Below, piece after piece: positions 7,829 to 10,603 of a stretch of 10,603 nucleotides of DNA; within the stretch, counting starts at the first letter, position 1, and each line of letters starts with the position of its first letter. Made by a program: the position numbers and the translations under genes. Under the pieces are notes generated by a model. The model did no database searches. It was not told where the DNA came from and was given only the letters and a program-made list of their open reading frames with translations. Location of the stretch: positions 1 through 10,603 of the forward strand of contig JBHHUM010000074.1 of NCBI GenBank assembly GCA_046861645.1, written 5' to 3'. This DNA comes from Fidelibacterota bacterium. GTDB lineage: Bacteria; Fidelibacterota; Marinisomatia; Marinisomatales; UBA2128.

Positions 7829-8464
7829 TCACGATGGGTGAGCAATGAAGACAAGCACAGTGTCGTGCTCAACAGTCACTGAAAAGGAAACACCAGTGGC
7901 TTCGTTGCTGATACCGTGACCGCTGCTGGATAGCACTTCGCCGTGTAGATCATACTGCAATCCTTCTGTAGTAATTCTCACTGGCTTTCCCAGACAGTGG
8001 AGGGAAACTCGCCGGCCGGCTTCAGCATTAAAGCTATGCTCGCTAGAGACAGGTGTGACGGTGAAATAGTCCGTGACGGCTGTCAGTTGGATAGCTCCAC
8101 TGAAGTTTGCCAGTAGATGAAGATTCGCCAGCGTATGATCGTCCCGCAGACCGGTGATGCCTAACAAAGTAACTTTCCAGATACCGTTATTAATACACCA
8201 CTCGATAGCTTTTTCCAGATCTGTATTTTCTTGGCTCTTATCCCGGATGACATCACCACTGAGACTTTCCCGGTCAGTCTGGAGAGTGTCGAGGTCGCCA
8301 ATGACGAGCGATGGTGTTAAACCAACAGCAAGAGCCTGGTCAGCGGCGCCATCGCAGCAGATGAGGGTTGCGGCGGAAGACAGGAGAGAGAGAGGAACGG
8401 AGTGAGAGGGAAAGCGGCCGTCAGCCAAGATGACAACCGGCTCTGGATGATCTACTTCTCCCAT
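7829..8464 (-). CDS. thiN: Thiamine diphosphokinase (thiamine pyrophosphokinase)
   Basis: ICCDGAA, VIGDLDT, QENTDLEKAI, GxTGxRxDHTLANL, TEGLQY and GISNE motifs. ATG at 8464 preferred over the upstream GTG at 8479; start is uncertain. Confidence 0.92.
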   Translation of the reverse strand: MGEVDHPEPVVILADGRFPSHSVPLSLLSSAATLICCDGAADQALAVGLTPSLVIGDLDTLQTDRESLSGDVIRDKSQENTDLEKAIEWCINNGIWKVTLLGITGLRDDHTLANLHLLANFSGAIQLTAVTDYFTVTPVSSEHSFNAEAGRRVSLHCLGKPVRITTEGLQYDLHGEVLSSSGHGISNEATGVSFSVTVEHDTVLVFIAHPS

Positions 8465-10257
8465 GATGATCCCAGCCACACTTCAAACAGTTGCTTTTGA
8501 TCCGGAGTGGCTTCCTCCAGGCGTTTGATTATAAACTTATCAGGTGGTGAAGTGGAGGGTATAACCTCTACTTCTATAATTTCACCTTCCCGTGAGAGGA
8601 GCAATTTTGACTTCTCTCCGATAGTTACCTCCTTTAAAAGCTTAGCTATATTGTCTGTCGTTAACCGATTACCGTTCAAGGCTATGAGTTCATCGTTCAC
8701 ATTAACATTACTTTCTGCTGCAGGTGTTCCATCGTACACGGTCTTGATTACGATTCGTCCATCATTGGTCCTGTACTTGAAACCGAAATAGGCATTAGAG
8801 GCTTTGGTTTCATCAGCATAAGATCTTTCCAGCTCACATCCCACGTAAGAAAGATAACGGTTGTAGTCGAGTTCGTCGGTAGTGTCAACATATTGCCAAA
8901 TATCTTGCAGGTTTCGTCCCGCAACTTTTTCACAAATAAGACGAAATTCTGTCGCAGTAAACCCCCGTTGCTTATCTTCATAAATTTCATGATAGATTTT
9001 ACGCAAGATATCATCCAAAGATTGTTTGCCGCCAGTATTTTCTATAATGGTCAGGTTGAGCAGTAAACCAACTAAAGCTCCTTTCGAGTAATAAGATATT
9101 TGAGTATTGGGGGAGTTTTCGTTAGGACGGTAGTATTTGATCCAGGTGTCAAAACTGGCTTCCGCTAAGGACTGAACTGTTCGCCCAGGAGTGGTTTCCA
9201 CTTGCTTGATTAATCGGCCAACGTAATCGAAATAATCTTCTTCAGTGAACAGTCCCGCCCGGTAGGGGATGACACTTTCGTAGTATTCTGTGAATCCCTC
9301 CGCTATCCAGAGATCCGTCGTATAATTCTCTACGTCATAATCAAAAGGTCCCAGAGCTAAAGGTCTCATACGCTTCACATTCCATGTGTGGAAAAATTCG
9401 TGGCTGATTAATGTCAGAAAATCCTTGTATTTCTTCTCATCGGAGAACTTCCACCGCTGACCCTGAACAGTGCATGAATTAAGATGTTCCAGTCCCCCGC
9501 CTCCACTCTCCAGTAACAGAATCAGGAAGACGTACCTGTCATATGGAAAAGAGCCGAAAAGTTCTCGTGTCTGGCTGACAATGGCTTTCGTATCACTCAG
9601 GAATTTCTCCTTATCCAGGTTACTTTCGCCATAGATGGCGATTTCGTGCGGTGTTCCATCAACCTTGAATTTGTGGACCTCGTGGTTGCCCAAGAGAATA
9701 GGTGAATCCACTAGGATATCGTAATTAGCAAAAGCGAATGTTCTAATCTTACCGTCAACTCGCTGAAGACCTGTAGAGATCTTGCGCCAACCTCGAGGAA
9801 GCTGAATCTTCAACTCGCCCGGCTGATCCTGAAGTCCGTCTATATAGAGGAATACGGAAGCGCCATTCAGGTAACCACGGGAGCTGTTCAGGAAACTGGT
9901 CCGCACTGTCTGCTCGTATGCGTATACTTTGTATGTAACCGTGAAATTTGAAGTCCCGCCTGTTGCAACTTCCCAGACGTTTTTTGCATTCTTTTGTACC
10001 GTCAGTTCATGTTTTCCTGAGGATGCTGAGATACGAGGGATGTTCCGGGAGAACTCCCGTACGAGATATGAGCCCGGCGTCCAGACTGGCATTTTCAGTG
10101 TGGCGCTTTTACCGGAGTAATCCTCAACTGACAGAGTCACATGGAAATAGTGGCTGCTGGGCTCCGGCATGGAAAGTGTGTAGCTGATGCGCGGTTCAGC
10201 CATAACAGTACCCCACATCATGAATATCCCCCAAAGCGCAAACTTGAAATTCCTCAT
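8452..10257 (-). CDS. Secreted M61-family (glycyl aminopeptidase-like) zinc metallopeptidase with C-terminal PDZ domain
   Basis: Signal-peptide-like N-terminus (MRNFKFALWGIFMMWGTVMA|EP), MPVWTPGSY, GGGLEH, HEFFH (HExxH), WIAEGFTEYY, SYYSKG and a PDZ-like GTPAAESNVNVNDELIALNG. AGGAG at 10268-10272 sits 10 nt from ATG 10257 and is too close to the GTG at 10266. Confidence 0.92.
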   Translation of the reverse strand: MRNFKFALWGIFMMWGTVMAEPRISYTLSMPEPSSHYFHVTLSVEDYSGKSATLKMPVWTPGSYLVREFSRNIPRISASSGKHELTVQKNAKNVWEVATGGTSNFTVTYKVYAYEQTVRTSFLNSSRGYLNGASVFLYIDGLQDQPGELKIQLPRGWRKISTGLQRVDGKIRTFAFANYDILVDSPILLGNHEVHKFKVDGTPHEIAIYGESNLDKEKFLSDTKAIVSQTRELFGSFPYDRYVFLILLLESGGGGLEHLNSCTVQGQRWKFSDEKKYKDFLTLISHEFFHTWNVKRMRPLALGPFDYDVENYTTDLWIAEGFTEYYESVIPYRAGLFTEEDYFDYVGRLIKQVETTPGRTVQSLAEASFDTWIKYYRPNENSPNTQISYYSKGALVGLLLNLTIIENTGGKQSLDDILRKIYHEIYEDKQRGFTATEFRLICEKVAGRNLQDIWQYVDTTDELDYNRYLSYVGCELERSYADETKASNAYFGFKYRTNDGRIVIKTVYDGTPAAESNVNVNDELIALNGNRLTTDNIAKLLKEVTIGEKSKLLLSREGEIIEVEVIPSTSPPDKFIIKRLEEATPDQKQLFEVWLGSSWEK

Positions 10258-10334
10258 ACGTAACACACTCCTTTCGTTTCACGACAGAGAAAAGTTACAC
10301 AGTGAGGGTGACATTGTGGAAGGAAGAATTACAT

Positions 10335-10348
10335 TTGATAGTTGTCAA
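10335..10348. promoter_or_regulatory. FNR/CRP-family-like operator
   Basis: TTGAT-agtt-GTCAA matches the TTGAT-N4-ATCAA consensus at 9 of 10 positions, with AT-rich flanks, about 80 nt upstream of the M61 start. Confidence 0.3.
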
Positions 10349-10512
10349 TTTTCCCACTCACAATTTTATCAAGCAAAATCTTGAAGGAGTCGTTGATTCT
10401 TGGTATAGAACAAAAGGTTACTGGTCTTTTAACATATTTTGATAATTTTCATCATGCCCAGCATGCTCCGTACTGAATGAGGAGATCGGTGATAAGTTAA
10501 AACATTTTACTC

Positions 10513-10539
10513 ATACTTTTCTTAGCGTAAGAAAAGTAT
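10513..10539. repeat. Perfect 12-bp inverted repeat related to the 7479-7507 hairpin
   Basis: ATACTTTTCTTA-gcg-TAAGAAAAGTAT. Confidence 0.6.
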
Positions 10540-10603
10540 AATCCGCATGATCCTCTTATGTTAATAGTCAAGGGTTTTTGTCTCGTCAGAGTTTGTATTG
10601 GTT

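Noticed and set aside
7384..7872. 162-aa minus-strand ORF and 95-aa plus-strand ORF (7425-7712) in the thiN-symporter gap
   Set aside because: No domain motifs, atypical composition, and they run through extensive palindromes better explained as a structured non-coding element. Translation cannot be fully excluded.
10320..10348. sigma70 promoter from the minus-strand TTGACA at 10348-10343
   Set aside because: The hexamer at 17-nt spacing is TTCCTT, not a -10 box.

Overview
A bacterial central-metabolism and cofactor region with nine apparently intact protein genes. On the minus strand at left is a four-subunit 2-oxoacid:ferredoxin oxidoreductase operon (delta-alpha-beta-gamma, korDABC-like). 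It is led by a small 7-Cys 'two-CW'-type protein and preceded by a good sigma70-like promoter and a ~240-nt leader containing an MPIYEY micro-ORF. Divergent on the plus strand are a PPi-dependent phosphofructokinase and a class I fructose-bisphosphate aldolase. Converging from the right on the minus strand are an M61/PDZ peptidase, thiamine pyrophosphokinase and a sodium:solute symporter that may import thiamine or a precursor. The most unusual non-coding signal is a ~190-nt nested-palindrome element between thiN and the symporter. It has C-GNA-G mini-hairpins and a terminal TTTTCTT..AAGAAAA hairpin, with a related hairpin near 10.5 kb, and looks like a non-autonomous ssDNA/RNA-structured element. 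No rRNA, tRNA, CRISPR array or transposase gene was seen. All family assignments come from motif recognition by eye, not database searches.
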